A stretch of 64,000 nt of DNA from a virus (IMGVR_UViG_2541047680_000004); one strand, 5' to 3'; numbered from the stretch's first letter, positions 9,691 through 18,932 are shown. Notes: generated by a model not told the origin, from the sequence alone. Program-made: numbers and translations.

Positions 9691-11596
9691 AGCTGCGCCC
9701 CTCTTTAACTTCCAGCGTAATAGTTTCGCGGAACCATGACTTCATCTCTTTATGGGAGATAATCAGCACAGTGCCCCGTTCGCGAGCTTTGGACTCCAGA
9801 ATACCCATGAGGCGTTCAAGACCGGCTGTATCGAGTGCATCGTCAATTTCGTCGCCGATAAACAAATCGATGTTTTTACTCGCCCGGTTACTAACCAGAT
9901 CCTGCAATGCCAAAGAACACGCAATGCGAACCTTCCGCTTCTCACCACCAGAGAGGGTCTGGAACGACTTACTTGAACCTTTCTTCTGCACACTAATGTT
10001 GAATTTGTCGCGATACTCACCTTTTTTAGTGACATCCATCGTCGACCACTCAGCAGTAATATTCCCGTCAGACAACGTATTGAGATACTCGGCTGTGCGT
10101 GTATTCAGGAAAGGCGTAACAGACGTCAAAATATGAGAACGCACCCCGGCAGGAGAGTAGACCTGACGAGCTTTTTCCAATAGCAACGTTTGTTCCTGAA
10201 TAGCCTTCAACTCATCTTTTAAGGACTTGAAGGTAGACTTACTGGATACCAGGTTATCTTCGTGTCTGGCGATAAGAGCAATAAACGGATTAATCTCTTT
10301 TGATATACGATCGACCTCAGTACGAGCACGAGTAACAAGAGACTCAATAGCAACAACCTCCTTCTCACGATGACGCAAAGATGAGAGTTGTTTAGTAAGT
10401 TCTTCAATCCGGGCAATGATAGCCGTTACATCAGGTGTCGTTTTAACAAGGGCAGACTCAATGCTTAACGCCTTCTCAAGATTCGTTTTGTGTTTAGCCA
10501 TTGCCTCTGCAAGTGTCTTCGCCTGACCAATTTCCTGACGTGCTTGTTCAATGAAATTCTCCTTCACCGTTGATAGATCTTTTTCGCAGTAGGCTTTGCC
10601 ACAAGTAGGGCATGGTGATCCTACTTTAGTACCAACCTCTTCTGCTTTGGTCTTAAAATTGCGCGCGCGGCTCATTGCATCAGCCTGACTATTTTCTGTA
10701 GCTTTGATGCTTGCCCGAATATCAGTTATCGCTCCACGCACTTTGAGCAACTTGGCGTCATGTTCTTCTTTTGAGGCTAACTTTTTGCGCTCACTTTCGA
10801 TTGCCTTCTCGGTATCACAGATCTGTTCGGGAAGAGTGCGGATCTCAAGTTCAACTTCTGTTAACTCAACTTCGGCACTTGCCAGCCCAGCCAGGGCATC
10901 GTCATAACGTTTAGAACGCTCTTGTTCCCATGATTCAGAGGAGGCTTTCGCGGACTCAATTTCTGACTGTGTTGCCTCAATGGTCGAGATTGTCGACTCC
11001 AATTTGGTTTTAACCACGTCCATACGTGCGGCAGCTGCGTTAGCTCGTTCACGAGCAATAGCGTAGGCGCGTGTCAGTCTGTCAACGCCAGCGGCTTCTT
11101 CTACGATGGTTTTGAGGTTTTTGTCGGACATTCCAGGTAGATCTGGCATAGCTTCTTGGCTTGCATAGATGGAAGCCATGAAAACCTCTTTAGATGCACC
11201 GATCAGACGTTCGACGAACTCTTGCGTCAGCGCATCTTTGCCTTTCGTCATATCGCCGTCTTCACCACGAACGATAAGCCGATTTTTGAACTCTTTGTGT
11301 TTACGGTGACGAATGATCGCATATCTCTTGCCTTCATCCTCGATGGTTACTGCAACACGACAGTTCTTTTCATGGTCGGTAGACAACACATCGTCCCCCT
11401 TCACACCATGAGCTGTTTCACCATAAAGACACCACATCAGGCTATTCATTAGAGTTGACTTTCCAGAGCCATTACTTGATGCGGAACTATCATCACTATT
11501 AACGCCCTGAATTAACACTAAACCACGCTGATCTAACTCGACCTCCGCGCTGGCGATAGCCATAAAATTCTCAACCTGGAGTTTTAAAAACTTCAT
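9680..11596 (-). CDS. SbcC/Rad50-like recombination ATPase
   Basis: N-terminal FMAIASAEVELD ... GVNSDDSSASSNGSGKST (Walker A), long central coiled coil with CPTCG zinc hook, C-terminal LSGGEKRKV signature and DE Walker B. Confidence 0.8.
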   Translation of the reverse strand: MKFLKLQVENFMAIASAEVELDQRGLVLIQGVNSDDSSASSNGSGKSTLMNSLMWCLYGETAHGVKGDDVLSTDHEKNCRVAVTIEDEGKRYAIIRHRKHKEFKNRLIVRGEDGDMTKGKDALTQEFVERLIGASKEVFMASIYASQEAMPDLPGMSDKNLKTIVEEAAGVDRLTRAYAIARERANAAAARMDVVKTKLESTISTIEATQSEIESAKASSESWEQERSKRYDDALAGLASAEVELTEVELEIRTLPEQICDTEKAIESERKKLASKEEHDAKLLKVRGAITDIRASIKATENSQADAMSRARNFKTKAEEVGTKVGSPCPTCGKAYCEKDLSTVKENFIEQARQEIGQAKTLAEAMAKHKTNLEKALSIESALVKTTPDVTAIIARIEELTKQLSSLRHREKEVVAIESLVTRARTEVDRISKEINPFIALIARHEDNLVSSKSTFKSLKDELKAIQEQTLLLEKARQVYSPAGVRSHILTSVTPFLNTRTAEYLNTLSDGNITAEWSTMDVTKKGEYRDKFNISVQKKGSSKSFQTLSGGEKRKVRIACSLALQDLVSNRASKNIDLFIGDEIDDALDTAGLERLMGILESKARERGTVLIISHKEMKSWFRETITLEVKEGRSYVV

Positions 11597-11825
11597 ATAA
11601 CACCTTTGATACCGTGTGTTAGCTTTTGACCTTCTTTCAATCTGAACTCCGTATGCGCCGGGAAGGATCTGCGCCTCAATACGCCTTTTCTGGTTAACCT
11701 TCCAAGATAAAACGCTACGGGATTTCCTTGTGGCGGGTAGGGCTTGTGAAACATCACCGTCTGGCCTCGTTCAAGTCTTTTCATCGTGATGGCAAAGTCT
11801 CGAAAGCTCCCATAACGACTTTGCC

Positions 11826-12941
11826 TCACACAGCCTCCGAACTCTCCGCTTCGGTGAGGATTTCCTGACACAAAATATCCAACTTGCTCAGATCAAATCC
11901 GCCGTCAGTATCGTGGACAATCTTGCAATAAGCAGATACCGACTCTCCCAGGCTATCGATTTTGCTGGTTTCCGTTGTGCTTGCTGTCCCTTCCATCATT
12001 GATGACTTACGGATGAAGTTGCACACAACACCTTTTGCACCCATTGTTTTGAGGATGTTCTGGTACTTAATGCCTTCTTCGTCGTTCTCGATTACGGCGC
12101 GGAAACGCACGTAGTTGCCGCGAATTTGGTCATCAGCAACATAATCTTCCAGGTTAATGAATTTAGGCGCACTGGTTTCGTAGTGACTGAAACTGCCGTC
12201 CGGGTTTACGATCATGTAACCAGCCAGAGATCCAACATCTCCCCAATTTTGATGGGTCAGTGCACCGACACTGATAACTCCAGGAATGACCTCTTTGTGG
12301 TTGTGGTAATGCCCACTAAGCACGAGACGAAAGCCGATATCCTTTAACTCCTGCGCATCGATACCGACGTCAGGCATTGTTGGAATGGCTTTGTTAATGG
12401 ATGTATGGATAACAACATCATGATTATCACCTTCTACGCTCTTACGTAATGCTTTCAGATCGCTGATAAGCTCTGCATGATTGTTACGCCAGCTAATCAG
12501 GTGGACAGTCACATCACCAATTTTTATTGAGTGTGGGCGCTTGCCACATACGATTACCACGCCGATAGAACTCAGCGATGCTGCTGCGTTGGCGCTATAT
12601 ACTGAATCGTTGGTTTCAAGATCGTGATTACCGGCCAGCATTACTACTGTCAGATCAAGCTCGTTGATAATCCACTTGTACGTTTCAGTTACGTAATGCA
12701 AAACAGAAGGGGACACAGTTCCTCGGACGTGAAATGTATCACCGGCAACCAACATGTACTTACAACCGGCCTTCTTCATGGCGATGGCTGCTTCTTTCGT
12801 TGCTTCCAACTGTATTTCAAGTCTGGAGTTAAGCCCCTCAGCGTTCGTCGTGGAGAACGCATCCCATTTGTGGTAGTGGCAGTCAGAAATGACGCCGTAT
12901 GGCAAAGTCATGTGTTTTTCCTTTGTGGTTATTTGATACAA
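11826..12941 (-). CDS. SbcD/Mre11-like nuclease (calcineurin-like phosphoesterase)
   Basis: Metallophosphatase motifs ISDCHYH, AGDTFH, GNHD and GHYH; upstream partner of the SbcC-like gene. Confidence 0.8.
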   Translation of the reverse strand: MYQITTKEKHMTLPYGVISDCHYHKWDAFSTTNAEGLNSRLEIQLEATKEAAIAMKKAGCKYMLVAGDTFHVRGTVSPSVLHYVTETYKWIINELDLTVVMLAGNHDLETNDSVYSANAAASLSSIGVVIVCGKRPHSIKIGDVTVHLISWRNNHAELISDLKALRKSVEGDNHDVVIHTSINKAIPTMPDVGIDAQELKDIGFRLVLSGHYHNHKEVIPGVISVGALTHQNWGDVGSLAGYMIVNPDGSFSHYETSAPKFINLEDYVADDQIRGNYVRFRAVIENDEEGIKYQNILKTMGAKGVVCNFIRKSSMMEGTASTTETSKIDSLGESVSAYCKIVHDTDGGFDLSKLDILCQEILTEAESSEAV

Positions 12942-13232
12942 ATCTTAAGCTTGCTCGAGAGGTGAGCAACCAAGACAGCACGGCACAGAAGAACATCAAC
13001 AGGCATAGTATTACAAAATAAATAGGTAAGTGAATACCTACCAAAATTGTTGAATGGATTGCTTACAAGGCGGCTAGAGTTTCATTGAAGTGCTTAGATG
13101 TATATGGTAGGCAAAAGTCTCATCGTTACATATGAATGAACTATCTCATGGGTCATGTATCATTTGATATTTTTATTATCAACAATTACTGTATAAGAGG
13201 AATTTTCCAAATTGAAAAAGGATTGATTATCA

Positions 13233-13490
13233 ATGGCTATTGATGAAAGAAATATTGTTGTTGGTGGATTGTACAAGACCCATACGAATCAAGAACGGGT
13301 CGTTCTAGAAATAAAAGATGATGAAGTGAAATACGCTCCTCGAGGTGGAAATGTAGAAAATAAATTTGACCATATGCAAAAAGCCAAATTGATCACATTT
13401 GCAGGAGCATGTTCAGAAAAAATTAAAGATTTACCCTCCGATGAATTTAATAAAATTCGACAACTATTTGTGGATAGAAAACTTATTTAA
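13233..13490 (+). CDS. hypothetical small protein (plus-strand moron-like)
   Basis: 85-aa ORF in AT-rich region, opposite strand to neighbours, followed by a terminator. Confidence 0.35.
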   Translation: MAIDERNIVVGGLYKTHTNQERVVLEIKDDEVKYAPRGGNVENKFDHMQKAKLITFAGACSEKIKDLPSDEFNKIRQLFVDRKLI

Positions 13491-13581
13491 ATAGTTGTAT
13501 TAGTTTTGAGGGTTTGTCTCTTAAAGGATTACCATTACTTGGATGAGTAAATTTTAAACAGGAAAAGTTCTAAAAGCCAAT

Positions 13582-13611
13582 GAGCGCCTATGTAACGAGC
13601 GCTCTTTTTTT
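13582..13611 (+). terminator. rho-independent terminator
   Basis: gagcgc ... gcgctc stem followed by T8 run. Confidence 0.5.
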
Positions 13612-13637
13612 GTTTGTGGATGGGCCTACTAAACCAT

Positions 13638-14291
13638 TTAAATCGTGTCGGAGGGCTTTTTACGCGCGTTACGCGCTGCGTTTATGCTTATGACGCCAGC
13701 TTTTGGACGTGGGTCAACAAGGTTAAGCTCTTCTTCACTGTGGTATTCGAGGTCGAACTCACGTTTTACATGTCTGATGTAGATTGCGGTGAGCAGGCTA
13801 TCTTTGGTTAGGAAGTGTCCGTAGGATTTGCGGATCACTTCTTCTACCTTCTCGATTTTCTCACCCCCCATACAGAGATGATTAAACCGGCTGTGTTTTC
13901 GCAACATTTCGTCTACTGGACCTGAGTAAACCTTGTCTACTTTCCCAAAACGGATGATTTTCCCTGTGTCTGCGGATACAAGGCAAATCAGCTTGTCTGG
14001 TGATAAACGATCTCGCCACGTCACACCTGAACGGAGTGTGTTGAAGTAGGGGGCATCCAATCCGATGATCGGTTTACGAAATGCGAGCAATGGAACGTAC
14101 CTGATGCAACTGTTTAAATGAAAATTCACACCAGCCTTATCAAGTTTAATTCTGGTTTCGTAGATCGGGCACTTCGCCGCTATACCGCAGATGTCACAAA
14201 GCAACTTCTGCTTATTCAGGTTGGAATTTGATTCGATAGTGTAGGAGCCGTCTTCAAGACGACGAACCCAGCGCGTGCGTTTTAGATCCAT
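13638..14291 (-). CDS. hypothetical protein
   Basis: 217-aa ORF with several Cys/His residues; no confident family assignment. Confidence 0.4.
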   Translation of the reverse strand: MDLKRTRWVRRLEDGSYTIESNSNLNKQKLLCDICGIAAKCPIYETRIKLDKAGVNFHLNSCIRYVPLLAFRKPIIGLDAPYFNTLRSGVTWRDRLSPDKLICLVSADTGKIIRFGKVDKVYSGPVDEMLRKHSRFNHLCMGGEKIEKVEEVIRKSYGHFLTKDSLLTAIYIRHVKREFDLEYHSEEELNLVDPRPKAGVISINAARNARKKPSDTI

Positions 14292-14490
14292 ATGTCATTT
14301 TTCTGTGATTGTTAGCCGAGGCAACGATAACCCACCAGGTGCGCCGAAGGTAGTAAATGCCTGTTTTAATTATTCACATATCCACAGGATAGATCCTAAT
14401 AAAGAGATCCATAGATAGATCCTTGTATAGATCAAATAAGATCCCCGATCGCTGTAAGCCGCGCCACGACTGGTCTGAAGCCATGTTCAT

Positions 14491-14593
14491 GTATGCTACC
14501 AGCGGTAATTGATAGTCTGTCAACGGTTCGCCGTATGCTGCCAACTGTTTTTGGTATGCTGCCAGCGGCAAATCAAGTATGCTGTCAGCGGTT
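14491..14593 (+). repeat. iteron cluster I (4 direct copies of a 16-bp repeat, consensus RTATGCTRYCAGCGGT)
   Basis: Copies at about 14491, 14533 (degenerate), 14554 and 14578; core GCTGNCAGC is itself palindromic. Confidence 0.8.
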
Positions 14594-14612
14594 GAATGAC
14601 AAAGGTGTCCAC

Positions 14613-15707
14613 ATGTCCACAAAAAATAAAAAAGGTAAAAATAACAAAGAAGTAGAAGATAATCTCGACAACTTTGAAGAAGGTTCCCTTGAATTGTACA
14701 CAGGGGAACTTGTCCCTAATAGCAACAATACAGTCCAACCAATTGCGTTGATGCGGCTGGGGTTGTTCGTGCCCACGCTCAAGGGGACAAAATACAGCAA
14801 GCGTAACAAGCCAAATGAGATCGATGCTTCAAAGGAGCTTGTTCAGCTCGAAGTAGCCCGTTCTGAAGGTTATTCCGATATCAAGATAACCGGTCCTCGT
14901 CTCGACATGGATCATGATTTCAAAACGTGGGTGGGCGTTGTGCGTTCGCTGGCAGAATACGGCGAACCTAACGGTCGTGTCGAGTTAAGCATCACGAAAT
15001 TTGCGAAGTTTTGTGGCTATCCATCGTCACAGATCCGCAAAACACTCCGCGACCGGCTTACAAACAGTCTTTTGAAGATCATGCGTACAACTCTGTCTTT
15101 TCAGAGAACGTATGAAGAAAAGAACGTCGACGGCTCTAACAAGATCTCGCTTCTGATGGTGCACCTCATCAATAGCGTGGACTACAACGAGCAGAAAGAT
15201 ACGGTGGTGTTCTATGCAGAACCGAAGCTGGCCGAACTATATCGCTTTGACCATAAGGTTCTTTTGCAGTTAAAGGTTATCAATAAGCTACCACGCAAAG
15301 AAACAGCACAGGCTCTGTACACCTTCATCGAAAGTCTTCCAACCAAGCCTGCGCCGGTATCGCTTGCTCGATTACGTGCGCGACTCAATTTGAGTAGCAG
15401 GAATGTCAGCTCGCAGAATCAGACTATACGTAACGGCTTAAAAGCTCTCCAAGATTTGGGCTATCTCGAATACAGCGAGATTAAGCGAGGGCGGTCGATC
15501 TATATCCAGATTCACAGCCGCAATCCAAAACTCAAAGTCGCACCGCCAAAACCTGAAGACATCGAACCCAAAAAACCAGATGAGAAAGCTGGGGAAATTG
15601 ATGCCAAACAGAACATTATCAACAAGATAACCGAACTTTCGCAGAATTTGACGCCTGAAAATATCAAGATGATTGAGATCCTTTCCAATAGTCTCAAACT
15701 GCTTTGA
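14613..15707 (+). CDS. putative iteron-associated DNA-binding / replication-initiator-like protein
   Basis: Plus-strand ORF (ATG at 14613; the ORF-track start 14493 lies inside the iterons) flanked on both sides by the 16-bp direct repeats; basic N-terminus; family not confirmed. Confidence 0.4.
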   Translation: MSTKNKKGKNNKEVEDNLDNFEEGSLELYTGELVPNSNNTVQPIALMRLGLFVPTLKGTKYSKRNKPNEIDASKELVQLEVARSEGYSDIKITGPRLDMDHDFKTWVGVVRSLAEYGEPNGRVELSITKFAKFCGYPSSQIRKTLRDRLTNSLLKIMRTTLSFQRTYEEKNVDGSNKISLLMVHLINSVDYNEQKDTVVFYAEPKLAELYRFDHKVLLQLKVINKLPRKETAQALYTFIESLPTKPAPVSLARLRARLNLSSRNVSSQNQTIRNGLKALQDLGYLEYSEIKRGRSIYIQIHSRNPKLKVAPPKPEDIEPKKPDEKAGEIDAKQNIINKITELSQNLTPENIKMIEILSNSLKLL

Positions 15708-15824
15708 TATGCTGTCAGCGGTGAAATGTATGCTATCAGCGGCTATTTTTCTGAAAAGTATGCTGTGAACGGTTAAAGATATGCTACCAGCGGTATAGTG
15801 AGATAAACGTATGCTGTGAGCGGT
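15708..15824 (+). repeat. iteron cluster II (5 direct copies, 21/30-bp spacing)
   Basis: Copies at about 15708, 15728, 15758, 15779 and 15809, same orientation as cluster I. Confidence 0.8.
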
Positions 15825-15984
15825 AAATCATCTATCACCACTCAATGCTCTGGCATACCTCCCCAGTGGTTACTAACCTCGAAGAGTGCATTCCATATAG
15901 GTTTGCGCTCACTAACATTCTATTGCCGTTGCGCTGATTGCTTGTAGTGAAAGGCATTTATTGCCTGCTGCTCCCTGATAGAAC

Positions 15985-16239
15985 GTATGCTGTCAGCGGT
16001 GTTTTATTGAGGAATTTTTGTTTGGATATGCTATCAGCGGTAATTAATGGTATATGTCAGACCTTCGTATGCTGCCAGCGGTAATTTTGTTCTGGTTATA
16101 ACCATACCGGTACACATTATTCATGCAATGTCTTAAGTATGCTGTCAGCGGTAAAAAATCGAGTAAAGTATGCTGTGAGCGGTGAGATAAACTCTCGATA
16201 TGCTATCAGCGGTAATTGATTGTGTATGCTGTCAGCGGT
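15985..16239 (+). repeat. iteron cluster III (7 direct copies)
   Basis: Copies at about 15985, 16026, 16067, 16137, 16168, 16198 and 16224, spaced 26 to 70 bp. Confidence 0.8.
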
Positions 16240-16255
16240 GACGACTATGAAATAT

Positions 16256-16277
16256 GACTGCGGCACGTGCCGCAGTC
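16256..16277 (-). terminator. perfect 22-bp palindrome, terminator-like
   Basis: gactgcggcac/gtgccgcagtc; directly downstream of the minus-strand gene ending at 16287. Confidence 0.45.
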
Positions 16278-16286
16278 AGTTTGCAT

Positions 16287-16499
16287 TTAGTGTATTTTCT
16301 TTAACAGACCCCAAAGTGTTCCGGCTTTTGTAGTCAGTTTTCCTGTTTCTGGATCGTACATACGCCATTCACGCCGCTGGTGGACGATATACCCATCTTC
16401 ACGTTCCAGACGCTCAAGAATGCCAGGCTGCTTGAAACCCTTAGCACGCCAGTAGCCGCTTGTTTTCTCGATTTCCAGACCTGCCAGTGTTAATGCCAT
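16287..16499 (-). CDS. hypothetical protein
   Basis: 70-aa ORF, start coupled to the stop of the upstream gene. Confidence 0.35.
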   Translation of the reverse strand: MALTLAGLEIEKTSGYWRAKGFKQPGILERLEREDGYIVHQRREWRMYDPETGKLTTKAGTLWGLLKKIH

Positions 16500-16834
16500 T
16501 ATCCAACCTCCTTGCAGTCATCGAAAAGGTAGCTTTGCTGAGAAGCGTGAACGCCATAGAAGCCCTTGTATTTGTTGTATACGAAGTGGTCTTCTCCGAC
16601 GCCGGTTAATTTGCCATTACGGTTTGTGAGATATGGGGATGACAATACTCGATCGTCACGCACTACATAGAACTGGTCGCCGCTGTCTACGACCATCGCG
16701 CCATATGGTGCTTTTATGACGTCGGTAAAAGCGCCATTCTTAATGTCGGCTACAGACATTTCACACTGATAAACAGTGGTGTCGGCCACAACGATCGAAG
16801 AAAGGAACAACAAAGCGAATGGGATGGCCTTCAT
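16499..16834 (-). CDS. secreted hypothetical protein (signal peptide)
   Basis: N-terminal MKAIPFALLFLSSIVVA looks like a Sec signal peptide. Confidence 0.45.
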   Translation of the reverse strand: MKAIPFALLFLSSIVVADTTVYQCEMSVADIKNGAFTDVIKAPYGAMVVDSGDQFYVVRDDRVLSSPYLTNRNGKLTGVGEDHFVYNKYKGFYGVHASQQSYLFDDCKEVG

Positions 16835-17010
16835 GCTGCCACCTCTTTGATTACATCAAATGCTGAATTAAATACGAGCACGATAGCCAAAGCGTTTATG
16901 ACTACTTCGTTCACCGGGGAAAATACTTTACGAATGACACCAGTGAAAATGCAGTCGATGACAAAAGCTATTGACACGATGAGTAACAAGTATTCAATAA
17001 AAATCTTCAT
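16831..17010 (-). CDS. small hydrophobic membrane protein (below ORF-track size cutoff)
   Basis: Manual translation gives a 57-aa hydrophobic peptide (MKIFIEYLLLIVSIAFVIDCIF ...); its TGA overlaps the ATG of the 16499..16834 gene. Confidence 0.3.
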   Translation of the reverse strand: MKIFIEYLLLIVSIAFVIDCIFTGVIRKVFSPVNEVVINALAIVLVFNSAFDVIKEVAA

Positions 17011-17049
17011 GATAGGTAGATACTAACTTATATAAATTTTACTGTAAAC

Positions 17050-17325
17050 TCACTCAAAAGTGCTGATGCTTAAAATACGCTCAAGATGTGCGGCATCTTC
17101 ATCACTGATTTGTTGAGTCTCTTCTACGTACCAACAGTTGCCGTTATGCCAACAAACACCATCATCATCAACCATCACTGAATCAGCGTCATGACCTGTA
17201 TATTCAACGAGAATGTGCTGGATCAGCGCGTCAGTTTCTTCGTCGTTAAGGCCATCGGCTTTGACCATAAAAAGCGGAAACACGTCATAGACAGTGCTGG
17301 TAACGATTCGAACTAAAACTCTCAT
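17050..17325 (-). CDS. hypothetical acidic protein
   Basis: 91-aa ORF preceded by the conserved translation-initiation sequence (finding at 12942-12975). Confidence 0.4.
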   Translation of the reverse strand: MRVLVRIVTSTVYDVFPLFMVKADGLNDEETDALIQHILVEYTGHDADSVMVDDDGVCWHNGNCWYVEETQQISDEDAAHLERILSISTFE

Positions 17326-17380
17326 GTGTTTTTCCTTTTGTGGTTAGTGTTTACTTATTTTGTTAGTTATGAATAGGCGA

Positions 17381-17806
17381 TCAATCTTCTTGTTTAGGGA
17401 AAAACTGTTCAATAACTCTGTCAACGGCTGTGTCTATATGGAGTAGATGCCACACAACCATATCTTTGCTTCCCATGCCTTGTGTGAATATCACGTCATA
17501 CTTACGCCATGCGCAGTGGAACCAATATGCTGAGTCATCAATTGGTAAATCCTCTCCCGCCTCTTTGAAGTATTTCAGCAGCATTGCCTGCTCTGCCGTT
17601 GGCGTTGGACCTATTTCCTGAGCGTACATACGGATGAATCGCTGCCAGTCTGTCTCGTCGGGGGTTGGATCTGGTGGGGTCATTTCTGCGATAGCGTTTC
17701 GTAGCTGATGCGCCCAATCAGGTTCAGGAAAGCCTTTTGCTACTTCATCATCAATAACATCCAGAGCCACGTTTGCGGCATCGTAGAGTTTCTTAATAGC
17801 TGCCAT
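17381..17806 (-). CDS. hypothetical protein
   Basis: 141-aa ORF; palindromic motif B immediately upstream. Confidence 0.4.
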   Translation of the reverse strand: MAAIKKLYDAANVALDVIDDEVAKGFPEPDWAHQLRNAIAEMTPPDPTPDETDWQRFIRMYAQEIGPTPTAEQAMLLKYFKEAGEDLPIDDSAYWFHCAWRKYDVIFTQGMGSKDMVVWHLLHIDTAVDRVIEQFFPKQED

Positions 17807-17856
17807 GTTTTCTTATCCTTTTAAACAAATTGTTTTCTTAATAAGATAATTGCGAT

Positions 17857-17890
17857 AAAAAAGGCGTCCAACTGGACGCCTGAACTTTTT
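17857..17890 (-). terminator. rho-independent terminator (bidirectional hairpin)
   Basis: ggcgtcc-aact-ggacgcc stem-loop with A6 upstream and T5 downstream on the plus strand. Confidence 0.6.
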
Positions 17891-17897
17891 AGGGGAG

Positions 17898-18728
17898 TTA
17901 TTTCACTGTAATGAAAGGAGTGTTAGCCCCTTGAGTCATGTACTGCGGTAACTGGCCATTCCATTTATTGATGGCTTCCAGTTCCATAACGTTCGGGTTT
18001 TGACGCAGAGCTTCACCGCGCAGACGAATGGCGTCTGCTTCTGCTTGCGCACGAGCACGGATAGCATCAGCTTCACCATTAGCCTGTTCACGTAGCATAT
18101 TCGCCTCAGCTTTACGTTGTTCAACTTCCTGCTGACGTTGCAGAGTACGCTGGTTAGCCGTTACTTTGGCGTTAATAGATTCAATGACAGTTTTTGGGTA
18201 ATCAGGCTTTCCAACCCATGACAGGCTCAGTACCTCAATACCAACCGGAGACATCTCTTTCTGAATATCTTTCAGTGCGTTGTCCAGCAATTGTGCCTTA
18301 CCACCGTCGATAAATGAGTCAGTGGTCATACGGCTGGCCAAACGGTTTAGAGAGTCGGCAATTTTCTGACGCAGATCTGATTCGGTGATATCGTCTACGC
18401 CTTTGCGATAGGTCTGGAACACCGTCGTTACCTTGTCACGATTAACCAGATACGCAACGCCAATTTTGTGACCAATAGCAGTACCGTCACTCATCTGGAA
18501 TGTGAACGGCTCGTCGTAGGTCTTCATTTGTTTGAAGGTCGGGAATACGTAAAGTTCGGTGTTAAGACCTGTCCATTGGCGACCAACGCCAACCACTTCA
18601 CCAATCCCTTTGTCTTCACCTAATTTGTTTACTTTGATGCCAACGTATCCAGGCTCCACGCGATCGCAGCCAGTAAGACCCATTGTGCAAATAGCCGCCA
18701 GAGCAACTGCAAGTAAACCTTTCTTCAT
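17898..18728 (-). CDS. SPFH/band-7 (stomatin/prohibitin-like) lipoprotein
   Basis: Lipobox LTGC after signal peptide; central band-7-like region; C-terminal Ala/Glu/Arg/Gln-rich coiled coil typical of HflK/C-like proteins. Confidence 0.65.
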   Translation of the reverse strand: MKKGLLAVALAAICTMGLTGCDRVEPGYVGIKVNKLGEDKGIGEVVGVGRQWTGLNTELYVFPTFKQMKTYDEPFTFQMSDGTAIGHKIGVAYLVNRDKVTTVFQTYRKGVDDITESDLRQKIADSLNRLASRMTTDSFIDGGKAQLLDNALKDIQKEMSPVGIEVLSLSWVGKPDYPKTVIESINAKVTANQRTLQRQQEVEQRKAEANMLREQANGEADAIRARAQAEADAIRLRGEALRQNPNVMELEAINKWNGQLPQYMTQGANTPFITVK

Positions 18729-18731
18729 TAC

Positions 18732-18932
18732 TTATTTCCCCTTTGCTTTGATTAATGAGTTGATAAACTTACGACCAGCAATAAGACCGATTACAGGAGC
18801 ACCAAAACCAACGATAACTCCAAACATGACGGCTAAATCACTCTTGGTAGAAATCAGCGACGGAACCAGTAAACCGTAGATGAGAGCCACTGAAAGGCCT
18901 GTGGCTACTGCCAATAGATAGATTTTGAGCAT
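18732..18932 (-). CDS. small membrane protein (possible NfeD-like partner of the SPFH protein)
   Basis: 66-aa ORF with two hydrophobic helices, ends 4 nt before the SPFH gene start. Confidence 0.45.
   Translation of the reverse strand: MLKIYLLAVATGLSVALIYGLLVPSLISTKSDLAVMFGVIVGFGAPVIGLIAGRKFINSLIKAKGK

Noticed and set aside
14374-14622. 82-aa minus-strand ORF upstream of the Rep-like gene
   Set aside because: It spans the iteron cluster I repeats antisense; the reading frame is a consequence of the repeat sequence and has no RBS or conserved start context.
14491-16239. Possible CRISPR array, given many short direct repeats
   Set aside because: Repeats are only 16 bp, imperfect, and separated by irregular 5-70 bp spacers; no cas genes nearby. 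Pattern fits iterons, not a CRISPR.
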